Shown here in pieces: positions 16,577-25,186 of a stretch of 64,000 nt of DNA (positions are counted from its first letter, which is position 1; every line of letters begins with the position of its first letter). A program made the position numbers and the translations under genes. The DNA is from Pyrinomonadaceae bacterium (GTDB lineage Bacteria > Acidobacteriota > Blastocatellia > Pyrinomonadales > Pyrinomonadaceae), in NCBI GenBank assembly GCA_035279345.1, contig DATEHX010000260.1:5606-69605 (forward strand). Direction: 5' to 3'. The notes beneath the pieces are model-generated. The model saw only the letters and a list, made by a program, of their open reading frames with translations. It had not been told where the DNA came from and ran no database searches.

Positions 16577-16645
16577 TCGCGCCAACGGGTGATAATCGAA
16601 GGAGAGTTGCCTCGCTAAGCTGACTCCTGTGAGGTCTCACGCGAC

Positions 16646-19600
16646 ATGAAAAGGTTTCCTCTCCAGAACCTCCGAAAGTTTTCGCGTAGCCGTACATTAA
16701 GTGCGGCTACTCTCCTCGTCGTTCTTTGTACGGTGTCTCAAATCATCGCGAGCCGAAGCACGCTCGCGTCGAACAACATTTGCGACACTCAAAATCCGCC
16801 CGCGGGAAATGCGCAGACGCTCGCACCTGGTCAGGTGGTGACGTGTCACATCGATCCCGGCGTTACGCACAGTTATCAGTTGACCCTCGCACCTCAGGAA
16901 TTCGCCCGGATCGTCGTAGAACAGAAGAGCACGGATCTGGTCGTCAAAGTTCAGACACCCGCTAACGTGGCTTATCGAGAGAGCGATAATCCGAATGGTC
17001 TTTATGGACCGGAAACCGTTTCAATCCTCGCTCAAGTCCCCGGCGGTTATCGAATCGAGGTTTCTTCAGACAAAAATCTCCCCGCCGGCGATTACGAATT
17101 GCGGGTGGAGGGACCACGTCAATCTGTAGACTCGGACGAGCAGCGAGTGGCCGCGGAGCAAGCTTTCGTCGAGGGCCAGCAGTTAAGACGTGAAGCGCGC
17201 GAAGCAAACGAGAAATACAACTCAGCAATTCAGAAATACAACGATGCGTTGCTCCTGTGGCAGCAGCTCGACGACCGGCGCGGACAGGCTTATTCGCTAA
17301 TCAATGCTGCGCGTGCTTACAAGGGCCTCGGTAAACCTGAAACTGCTCTCGACCACCTGACCAGGGCACAGTCACTTCTTCACGAACTCGGCGATGCCTC
17401 CGGAGAGGCATTTGTGCTGAATGAGGCTGGGGCAGTACATCGCGACTTCCTTGATGCGCGCAATGCGCTAATCTGCTACGAGAGCGCAATAAAACTAAGA
17501 CTCACCGTGGGCGACCGTTACGGACTGGCGCAACTCCACAACAACATCGCCGTGGCTTATTCGAACATGGGGTATCAGCCTCAGGCCGCGCAGAGTCTCG
17601 AACAATCACAACTACTCTGGCGGGAGCTTGGCATACGCGATCAGGAAATGAACACGCTCGTCACGGCCGCCAAGGTACATGCTGAAATGGGCGAACTGGA
17701 AATCGCGCTAGCGCAATTTCAAACCGTTCTCAATTTTTGCAACACGGAACTCAGCAACGAGACTTCGCCTCTAAAAGGATCGGCCACACACCTCAAACCG
17801 TTTGCGCTTAACGGTATTGGCCTGGTCTACGACACCTGGGCCGACGCTGATGCCGCGCGAGTCAATTACCAACAGGCACTGGAACTTTTTCGCTCGAACA
17901 AATATTGGCGGGAGGAGGCAAATGTTCTCGATAACCTCGGCATCCTGCACGCCTTTCTGGGTGATGCGCGGCAGGCGATCGATTATTTCCAGCAAGCGTT
18001 GGTGCTGCGTAAGCGATTGGACCAGCCGAAAGGCTGGGGAGTGACACTCAGTAATCTCGGTTTCGCTCATACGCTGTTACTGGAACACGACGAAGCGATC
18101 AAGGAACTCACGCTTGCTCTGGATTACTGCAAGCGTTCCGGTGACCGGCGTTTCGAAGCCTATACGCTCGTGCGTTTGGGGATGGTCCACGTCGCTCTCA
18201 ATGAACCGGGCAAGGCGTTGGAATACTACGAACGAGCCCTCGCAATTCAACAGGAACCATCGTTTGCGGACGAACGTGGACAGGCCATCACTCTGGACAA
18301 GATCGCCGAAGCTTTAAAACTCTCGGGTGAGGAGTCGCAGGCACTCAAAAAATACGATCAAGCGCTCGAACGTTGGAAAGCTGTCAAAGACGAACAGGGC
18401 CAGGCGCTATCCCTGTATGGCATTGCCCAGATTGAGCGCAGCCGTCTCAATCTGGCCAATGCGCGTGACCGGGCCGAGGAAGCGATCCGCATAGTCGAGA
18501 AGCTTCGAAACAGGGTGACTGGCCGGCAGTTGCAGATGATCTATTTCGCGGAAAGACATGACTTATACGCTCTCGCGATCGACGTTAGGATGAAACTCTA
18601 CGAGTCGAATCAGTCGCGCACTGATCTCGAAGCCGCGGTCTCAATCAGTGAGCAAGCGCGCGCACGAAATCTGCTCGACTTGTTATCTGAGGCCCGGATC
18701 GAGCTAAACAAAGGCTGGTCTCAATCAAATGCAGAAAAATACATGTTGCTGCAGAGAGAGATCGATGCGTTGACCCAGACGTCATTACGTTACCGAAGCA
18801 CCGGACTTAAAGAGAGCGCGGTCATCATCGAACAAAGGATCACCGATAAGATCAGAGAGCAGGATAGGCTACTGGTACCTGTCCGCAAAGCTAATCCAGG
18901 GTTTTCCAGGATGGCCCAGGCGCAACCACTCGCACCTCGCGAGATTCAACAGTTACTCGACGACGACACAATACTTCTTCAGTACTCATTGGACGAAAAA
19001 CGCAGTCACCTTTGGACCATTACGCGAACGGAGATTGAGTATCATGCTCTTCGGAGTGGCTCTGAAATAAAGAAAACAGCGAATAATCTTCGGCAGGCAC
19101 TCACTGGTTTGGAGCCGGTAAGACCCGGCGAAAGCAATAATCAATATCTCGCTCGCAGGCGTGAGGCGCCCGGACAGTACCGCCGCAGTGCACTCGAATT
19201 AGGTCGCATGATTATCGAGCCGGTTTGGCGGCAACTCGGCGATCGGCGTTTGATCGTCGTTGCTGATGGCCCGCTCCAGTACATACCGTTCGAAGCCCTG
19301 CTATTAAACCAATCAACCACGCCGGGTGAGTCTAACTCCGCCGCGGCAGAGCCTGCTCCGGTGTTGCTGAGAAATGAAGTAGTTTACCTGCCATCCGCGT
19401 CTACATTGGCGTTGGTGCGAAGGATTCGCAGGCCGAGTGCAACGAAAACGGTGGCCGTGATTGCCGACCCGGTATTTGAGGAGACCGACGACAGGTTACG
19501 CCTCACCTCACGCCGGCAGGATATCAACTCATCTCGAATGGCGCCTAAACAACGACTCGCCCGATCCCTGAGAGATATAGGTGACACCGGCGATGGAACC

Positions 19601-20182
19601 TTTGCCCTACCCAAGCTCGAATACTCGCTGCGAGAAGCAAACGCGATCACTGCTGTTGCGCCCCGAGGCTCGTGGATGAAGGCCGTAGGATTCAAAGCGA
19701 GTCGAGCGACAGTGATGAGTCCTGGTCTCAAGCAGTTCAACATAGTCCATTTCGCGACCCACGGAATACTTAACGACAAAGTTCCGGAGTTGTCGGGCAT
19801 TGTTCTCTCAATGGTGAATGAGCGTGGACAGCCGGAGGACGGCTTCATAACTCTTCACGATATTTACAACCTCGATCTCCCGGTTCATTTGGTTGTCTTG
19901 AGTGCGTGTCAGTCAGGCGTCGGTCAAGCCGTGCGCGGTGAGGGTTTAATTGGTCTAACGCGAGGCTTTCTAAACGCCGGGGCACAAAGTCTCGTGGTAA
20001 GTCTGTGGCAAGTGGACGACAGGGCCACCGCCGAACTGATGGAACGTTTCTATCGTCACATGTTCGGTAAGAATCGGCTTCCTCCGGCGGCGGCGCTGAG
20101 AGCGGCTAAACTCGAAATGAACCAGGAGAAATACGATCCCTACTTCTGGGCGGGCTTCGTACTTCAAGGTGACTGGAAATAA
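16646..20182 (+). CDS. Exported CHAT-domain (caspase-like) protein with an N-terminal PPC-like beta domain and a long TPR array
   Basis: A signal/anchor sequence (LSAATLLVVLCTVSQIIA) is present. The PPC-like segment ends AGDYELRVE. There are many TPR-like repeats (G.AYSL.N.A.AY..LG). The CHAT dyad is HFATHG (His codon 19760..19762) and VVLSACQSG (Cys codon 19907..19909), and the C-terminus is YFWAGFVLQGD. Confidence 0.9.
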   Translation: MKRFPLQNLRKFSRSRTLSAATLLVVLCTVSQIIASRSTLASNNICDTQNPPAGNAQTLAPGQVVTCHIDPGVTHSYQLTLAPQEFARIVVEQKSTDLVVKVQTPANVAYRESDNPNGLYGPETVSILAQVPGGYRIEVSSDKNLPAGDYELRVEGPRQSVDSDEQRVAAEQAFVEGQQLRREAREANEKYNSAIQKYNDALLLWQQLDDRRGQAYSLINAARAYKGLGKPETALDHLTRAQSLLHELGDASGEAFVLNEAGAVHRDFLDARNALICYESAIKLRLTVGDRYGLAQLHNNIAVAYSNMGYQPQAAQSLEQSQLLWRELGIRDQEMNTLVTAAKVHAEMGELEIALAQFQTVLNFCNTELSNETSPLKGSATHLKPFALNGIGLVYDTWADADAARVNYQQALELFRSNKYWREEANVLDNLGILHAFLGDARQAIDYFQQALVLRKRLDQPKGWGVTLSNLGFAHTLLLEHDEAIKELTLALDYCKRSGDRRFEAYTLVRLGMVHVALNEPGKALEYYERALAIQQEPSFADERGQAITLDKIAEALKLSGEESQALKKYDQALERWKAVKDEQGQALSLYGIAQIERSRLNLANARDRAEEAIRIVEKLRNRVTGRQLQMIYFAERHDLYALAIDVRMKLYESNQSRTDLEAAVSISEQARARNLLDLLSEARIELNKGWSQSNAEKYMLLQREIDALTQTSLRYRSTGLKESAVIIEQRITDKIREQDRLLVPVRKANPGFSRMAQAQPLAPREIQQLLDDDTILLQYSLDEKRSHLWTITRTEIEYHALRSGSEIKKTANNLRQALTGLEPVRPGESNNQYLARRREAPGQYRRSALELGRMIIEPVWRQLGDRRLIVVADGPLQYIPFEALLLNQSTTPGESNSAAAEPAPVLLRNEVVYLPSASTLALVRRIRRPSATKTVAVIADPVFEETDDRLRLTSRRQDINSSRMAPKQRLARSLRDIGDTGDGTFALPKLEYSLREANAITAVAPRGSWMKAVGFKASRATVMSPGLKQFNIVHFATHGILNDKVPELSGIVLSMVNERGQPEDGFITLHDIYNLDLPVHLVVLSACQSGVGQAVRGEGLIGLTRGFLNAGAQSLVVSLWQVDDRATAELMERFYRHMFGKNRLPPAAALRAAKLEMNQEKYDPYFWAGFVLQGDWK

Positions 20183-20192
20183 GCACGTATTT

Positions 20193-20876
20193 ATGTTAGA
20201 TAGCGGTCTCGTCATTCGACGTTCTCAGAGATACCCGGTCCAATCACGTGACGGGAGCCGCACAATTTTGAACTCACCTCCTCCCAAACAAAAATGGGTG
20301 CTCACCACTGAATCTTTTGATGGGATGCTCTTGTGGCTCGACCATGACCGTGATTTGGCAGGAAAGAAGTATGAAGAGATTCGCTCAGGATTAATCAGGC
20401 GGTTCCAGCAACTCGGCTGTCGCGAACCCGAAGAGCTCGCCAACAGAACGTTTGATAGGGTGGCCAGGAAACTCCCGGAGATTATCAGCGAATACAAAGG
20501 TGAACGGGAACCCTATTTCTTTTCAATAGCTCATTACGTCTACAAAGAGGAATTGCGAACGCCGATCATGATGTCGCTGGCGAGCACTGACTTTTCCGAT
20601 ACAGATTTTCAGCCCGATGAGGAATTGTTTGAGAGGGAACTTTTGGATTCCTGCTTGTGGCATTGCATTGAAAAACTTCCTCCCCCCAATCGTGAGATGA
20701 TCAGGGATTATTACCGCGGCGAGCGGCAAGTTAAAATTCAAACGCGACAAAGGATGGCTGAACGTATGGGGATTAAGATGTCGAACCTCAGACTAAGGGC
20801 ACAACGTGTAAGAACAACTCTGAAAAAGTGCATCCTCGACTGCATGGAGCGCAACGCAAAAGAGCGCACGGTTTGA
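20193..20876 (+). CDS. Sigma-70 family (ECF-like) RNA polymerase sigma factor
   Basis: The N-terminal motif is LTTESFDGMLLWLDHDRDLAGKKYEEIRSGLIRRFQQLGCREPEELANRTFDRV. The region-4-like HTH is REMIRDYY...QTRQRMAERMGIKMSNLRLRAQRVRTTLKKC. I prefer ATG 20193 to the GTG at 20169, which overlaps the CHAT gene. Confidence 0.55.
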   Translation: MLDSGLVIRRSQRYPVQSRDGSRTILNSPPPKQKWVLTTESFDGMLLWLDHDRDLAGKKYEEIRSGLIRRFQQLGCREPEELANRTFDRVARKLPEIISEYKGEREPYFFSIAHYVYKEELRTPIMMSLASTDFSDTDFQPDEELFERELLDSCLWHCIEKLPPPNREMIRDYYRGERQVKIQTRQRMAERMGIKMSNLRLRAQRVRTTLKKCILDCMERNAKERTV

Positions 20877-20933
20877 ATGTGAAGATTAATGTGAACTGGG
20901 CCCGTGCAGTTAAGTATTTCGGGAGGCAAGAGG

Positions 20934-21932
20934 ATGACCGAGCAGGACTTCAAACAGGAAACAAAGATCAGACAATACCTTCTGGGACAGCTAACCCTGG
21001 AAGAGCAGGTATTGGTGGAGCAACGCCTCTTTCTGGAAAGCGAATATGCTGAGCTGGCTGAGGCTGTAGAGGGCGACCTGATCGATGAATATCTCCATGA
21101 TGATCTAACCGGTGGCGAACGCAAGAAGTTTGAAGACCATTTTCTTGGTCAGCCTGAACACCGTGTCGATTTAAAAATCGCGCAGGCCCTCGACAAGTAC
21201 CTGACATCCGATATTGGTGTCGAGCCTCGCAAGGAAACAATTTTGACTTCGATTAGACAGATCCCAAGTCTTTTGGTCTCTCTCGTCACGCAGCGTCCAG
21301 TTATCTCGTTTGCATTAGCGACTCCGCTCTTGATTCTCATATCGCTAATTACGTGGAACGCCGTTAAATCCACGCGCCCAAACCCCGGTGAGCCAGTATT
21401 GCAGGCCCAGGACCAACAGCCTGCTAATACACCACCGGCCAATGAACCGAGTCCGGCAGTTTTGGTCAACGGAAACAAAGAGGACGTTAACACCAATGAA
21501 CGTCAGGGCCGTGGTGGATCTGATGAAGGACCGGTAGAGAAGAACACAAGAAATCAGGCCGATAAGCAACAGCGCCCGTCAGCGGCATTCGCAACGTTTC
21601 AGATTTTGCCAGGTGGACTGTCAAGAAGTGGAGGACGACCCAACTCTGTACGAATCTCTTCTAACATTGAGAGAGTGGTTCTAATATTGCCGCTGGACAT
21701 GCCTGAGCACTACGATCGCTATCGCTATGAACTTCTGAGTAACGGACGCGTCGTTAACAAGGGCGAGTTGAAATCCGTAACAGATACAGCGGAACCGGCT
21801 GTATCTATCACGCTTCCGGTCAAACTTCTCACTCGAGAAAGCTACGAGATAAAGATACGCGGCATTGCTGCTGACGGGCGTTCATCCGCCCCCAGCTCTT
21901 ACTTCTTCATCGTTGAGAGACCGCGCCAGTAA
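20934..21932 (+). CDS. Single-pass membrane protein, anti-sigma-factor-like
   Basis: The N-terminus IRQYLLGQLTLEEQVLVEQRLFLESEYAELAEAVEGDLIDEYL is typical of the anti-sigma-like partners of this sigma type. It has one TM (VISFALATPLLILISLITW), a Pro/Asn-rich linker and a beta-rich C-terminal domain. I chose the start at ATG 20934 (MTEQDF), downstream of GGGAGG. Confidence 0.45.
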   Translation: MTEQDFKQETKIRQYLLGQLTLEEQVLVEQRLFLESEYAELAEAVEGDLIDEYLHDDLTGGERKKFEDHFLGQPEHRVDLKIAQALDKYLTSDIGVEPRKETILTSIRQIPSLLVSLVTQRPVISFALATPLLILISLITWNAVKSTRPNPGEPVLQAQDQQPANTPPANEPSPAVLVNGNKEDVNTNERQGRGGSDEGPVEKNTRNQADKQQRPSAAFATFQILPGGLSRSGGRPNSVRISSNIERVVLILPLDMPEHYDRYRYELLSNGRVVNKGELKSVTDTAEPAVSITLPVKLLTRESYEIKIRGIAADGRSSAPSSYFFIVERPRQ

Positions 21933-21947
21933 ATTAGACGTGATCCA

Positions 21948-22045
21948 GTCGACGTCTTCTGCGCGATCTGAATGTTTGTCGAGTATTGGACCAGGCGCGC
22001 TGAGGAGGGAGAGTTCGAACGCGACACACTGCTTGGTTATCTCGC
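21948..22045 (+). pseudogene. Internal fragment of a nucleotidyltransferase gene, paralogous to 26290..27054
   Basis: A manual alignment against 26542..26639 gives about 90 percent nucleotide identity, with roughly 8 mismatches and two compensating 1-nt indels. It corresponds to about aa 85-117 (VDVILRDLNVVEYWTTRAEEGEFERDTLLGYLA). No intact ORF is present. Confidence 0.75.
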
Positions 22046-22069
22046 AGTCTTGCCGGGCTTCCTAAAAAT

Positions 22070-22229
22070 CCTTCTCATTCACACCGGGCTTCAGCCCGGT
22101 GGAAAAACACACAACTTTGAGAAACCGTTTTAACGGTTTTCCTCGCGAAACGCCGAAAACCGTTGAAAAGGTTTTCTGCTGTAGCTTTAAGTTCTACCAC
22201 CGGGCTGAAGCCCGGTGTGAATGAGAAGG
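22070..22229. mobile_element. MITE-like 160-bp element with perfect 33-bp terminal inverted repeats
   Basis: CCTTCTCATTCACACCGGGCTTCAGCCCGGTGG (22070..22102) is the exact reverse complement of 22197..22229. Each arm contains the palindrome CCGGGC-N4-GCCCGG. The 94-bp core holds two further small hairpins (GAAACCGTT..AACGGTTT and GAAAACC..GGTTTTC). It has no coding capacity. Confidence 0.65.
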
Positions 22230-22290
22230 ACTTGAGCCAAAGCCACCGCCACTACCGAGCTGTACCCACTCGTGATCTATGGCGACGTGA

Positions 22291-22560
22291 GGCGGACAAT
22301 CCTTTACCTTCGCCGAAGAACACAAGCACGCTGGCGCTAGCCGCGTAAACGCATTGTTCGAGCGGCGCGATCATCACGCCGTCCTCATCGTCGAAGACAA
22401 TGGCAAGGGTTATGACGTCGAAGCGACGGGTGACGGAGGTGATATGGGTCTGACTAACATGAGAGAGCGCGCGGCCCTCATTGGCGGAACGATCGAGATT
22501 GAAACTCAACCCGGTGCTGGAACCACAGTGTTTGTTCGTGTGCCGGTGAATTTAGATTGA
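22291..22560 (+). pseudogene. 3' remnant of a NarL/LiaS-type sensor histidine kinase (HATPase_c domain only)
   Basis: The in-frame translation KHAGASRVNALFERRDHHAVLIVEDNGKGYD...GDMGLTNMRERAALIGGTIEIETQPGAGTTVFVRVP matches the N, G1 and G2 boxes of HisKA_3-type kinases. No DHp or sensor portion lies upstream; there is a stop at 22288..22290 and the MITE-like element at 22229. Confidence 0.7.
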
Positions 22561-22705
22561 TGGTGTCACACAAAACTGGCGTTCTGTCGCGCTTTCTGCG
22601 TACCAATAGCCAAAGACTCAAAAAAGCGTTAGCCACCGAGACGGCTTAGACAACAATGCTGAATATCCGTCTGAGCTGTCCGCAGACGATAGTACGGAGT
22701 CGGGC

Positions 22706-23467
22706 TTACCAGCCGCCTGCCTGGAGCGCAGTCTGAAACTTGACTGCTTCGCCTGCGATTTTTCGGGCCTTGTCGGTGCCGTTGATGATCCGCCGGGCTG
22801 AAGTGAAGTGGACCAAACTGGCGCCGCCGTTCGCCGGCAAATGGCGCTCCAACGTATGGCGCCGGCCGGCTCTGTCGGCAGCGAACCAACCCTCCTGCAT
22901 ACCTTTAACCATAACCCTGGCGGCAATGTTCGGGTCCAGGGCCAAGTCGAGATTGTTGGTCAGACGTCCGCTAAGATCAAGCTTCTGATCGGCCTTTTCG
23001 TAATTGGCCTTCCAGGTGAGTTGGACGTAGCCGCGACCGTAAAAAGGATAATAACGCAGGTTATTCCGGCGCCAGTTTTCGTTGAGCCAGAAGGCTTCAC
23101 GCACCGGCTGCATCGTGTAGGCTGTTTCGTGCAGGGCGGTCGCCAGCGCGTAGGCAGTAAAAGCAAGCGGCCAACCCGCCGCCTTCGCCGTTCCGAGCAC
23201 GGCCTCGAGGCCAGCCACGTGATCGGGCTTTAGTGGACCTCCGAATACACCAGACTGGCGGATTGAAGTGAAAAAGTCCTGCGGGTTATCGAGGCCCGCT
23301 GTGGTAATGGCTGCTTCCAATGTTGAATCGGGCGCGGTTGGGTCCACGACCGCATCATCTCTGGGGATGCCGAGCCGCTCCAGGAGAGCATCGATCGTGG
23401 TCACTTCATCTGTGGTAAAGCCTTTGCCGCGTTCAGCACGGATAATGTCGAATATTGGCTTGCGCAT
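22706..23467 (-). CDS. GH19-like (COG3179-type, chitinase-like) lysozyme/endolysin
   Basis: FTAYALATALHETAYTMQP...YYPFYGRGYVQLTWKANYEKA...LALDPNIAARVMVKGM resembles the phage predicted-chitinase endolysin family (HE(S/T) ... GRG.iQlT...NY). There is no signal peptide. Confidence 0.6.
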   Translation of the reverse strand: MRKPIFDIIRAERGKGFTTDEVTTIDALLERLGIPRDDAVVDPTAPDSTLEAAITTAGLDNPQDFFTSIRQSGVFGGPLKPDHVAGLEAVLGTAKAAGWPLAFTAYALATALHETAYTMQPVREAFWLNENWRRNNLRYYPFYGRGYVQLTWKANYEKADQKLDLSGRLTNNLDLALDPNIAARVMVKGMQEGWFAADRAGRRHTLERHLPANGGASLVHFTSARRIINGTDKARKIAGEAVKFQTALQAGGW

Positions 23468-23739
23468 TTCTGTTCCTCGTCTCCGATAAAGAAATTGCGT
23501 CGAGTTTCTTCGTCATACTTAATGAGCTTAAGTCGGCTTTTGTTTCATGCTAATCCGTAACTATTTCGAACGCCAGCAGTATCCCTTGACGAAGCTTCAA
23601 GGTGCACTGTAAAGTGCCGCGCAAACCGAACGCCCTGGTGGGAACACTGGGGTGTGCGTTCGCCGCTCAAAGCTTTCCACACTTAATTGAGCTTAGCCTC
23701 GCACTCCCAACTTGAAACCGTCCGCTAGGCATTGGAAAT

Positions 23740-25008
23740 ATGGCGGAGCCGCAGACCCCAACCCATGTGATTCGACAACTCCTATTTCTCATGCTTGGGC
23801 TCTACCTGGCAGCTCCGGTTGCATCGGATGCGTTAGCCCAACAAAAAACTCCGCTTGCGCGCCAGAACGTCAAACCGCCCGCAAGCAGTCCCTCTCCGAC
23901 TCCGGAACCGGCGCCGCCCGCACTCGATTTCCAGGTTGTTCCCGACAGAGACAGCGTCGGCCCTGACGATGAGATACGCGTTTCAGTGTTTGTGGCGAAT
24001 AAGTCGTCTAAACCAATTACCAGGCTCAAACTTAATTTCAGCGATCGCAACTTCAAGCTGGATGACGTCAAACTGCCGGAGCCGCTGCCGCCGTTCGGTA
24101 GTCTCAGGCAAACGGCATCAATGAAGTCGATCGAGACACCGTACTCAGGCGCTCACAAACTTCTGTTCTCGCTGGAGTACGCGTGGAATGCGAACGGGAC
24201 AGAGTTTGTTTCGGCGCAACCTGCGACCCTTACAGTATCGATCGTGCGTCGCTTCGAAGAAGAAGCGAAGGGCTTTCCCGGCGGGACCGCTGCATTCCTC
24301 TATCTGCTGTTGCCGATCATTCCCGCAATCCTCAGCTATCAACTGTTTGAGGGACGACGCAAAGGCGAGGATTGGAAACTCCCGTCCTTCCGCGCGGAGT
24401 ATGTCGTGCCTGCTTTTCTTGTGGCGGTGCTCGTCAATCTCGGCATCCTGATTCTGTTCCAGTACAACGCCAGTCTTGGTTACTCGGATCCGCTGGTTTT
24501 CATCGCTGTATTGTTTATGTCAGCCGTAGCCGGCGCGGTGCTTCCTCTCTATCGCTGGAGAAAAGACCTGGAATTCAGAAAGCTTTGGGACTTCACCAAA
24601 AACGAGACTTTCGAAACGTACTTGCGGAAAGCCCTGCTCAAACCGGGCGCACCCACTAAATTTGAGTTAGCCAAAGGAACAGTCGACGAGGATGAGTGGG
24701 AGGGACTGGTGTTAAAACAACCTAATGGCTCAACAGTGCTCGGTGCGGCGCTGCAAGTCAGTTACCCACATCAGGCGACGGATAAGGAGTGGAACGATCT
24801 TACTCAAAAGCTCGTGAATGAGGCGGGCGTTGTTCTCAATGCAGAAGAATTGGTTTCGCTGATTGAAGCGAAAAAGTTGGTCGTGGGGTTCGATACCAGA
24901 ATAAGGCGCGCCGGCCGGGGACTCGATAAGGTTGTGATTATCGATGAGGTGAAAAATTGGAAACGGGCCAGCGGTCAAGCTGGCCCGTTAATTGTTCCCT
25001 CTAGGTAG
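23740..25008 (+). CDS. Hypothetical membrane protein: signal peptide, extracytoplasmic Ig-like domain, about 3 TM helices and a cytoplasmic C-terminal domain
   Basis: The signal peptide is LLFLMLGLYLAAPVASDALA, followed by a Pro-rich linker and a beta-rich domain (IRVSVFVANKSSKPITRLKLNF). TM segments include AAFLYLLLPIIPAIL, VVPAFLVAVLVNLGILILF and LVFIAVLFMSAVAGAVL. A soluble tail of about 150 aa follows. Confidence 0.7.
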   Translation: MAEPQTPTHVIRQLLFLMLGLYLAAPVASDALAQQKTPLARQNVKPPASSPSPTPEPAPPALDFQVVPDRDSVGPDDEIRVSVFVANKSSKPITRLKLNFSDRNFKLDDVKLPEPLPPFGSLRQTASMKSIETPYSGAHKLLFSLEYAWNANGTEFVSAQPATLTVSIVRRFEEEAKGFPGGTAAFLYLLLPIIPAILSYQLFEGRRKGEDWKLPSFRAEYVVPAFLVAVLVNLGILILFQYNASLGYSDPLVFIAVLFMSAVAGAVLPLYRWRKDLEFRKLWDFTKNETFETYLRKALLKPGAPTKFELAKGTVDEDEWEGLVLKQPNGSTVLGAALQVSYPHQATDKEWNDLTQKLVNEAGVVLNAEELVSLIEAKKLVVGFDTRIRRAGRGLDKVVIIDEVKNWKRASGQAGPLIVPSR

Positions 25009-25186
25009 TCATATAAGTTGATACTAAAGGGAAACGGGGTCGCGTGACGTGACGCGCCCCAGTGTTCGGAAGTGTTCACTACCCGCCCCCTCAATCGGAC
25101 GTAAACTTCAGCATACGGCGGGCAATGAACACCTCCGAACAAGTCGCGGATAGAGTATTTCATAGTTCGGTGGAGAGTCAAACAAA

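Noticed and set aside
22163-22509. Short ORFs 22163..22348 (+) and 22252..22509 (-) in the decayed patch
   Set aside because: The first is translated from the MITE-like inverted repeat (TGLKPGVNEK). The second is antisense to the histidine-kinase remnant. Neither has coding support.
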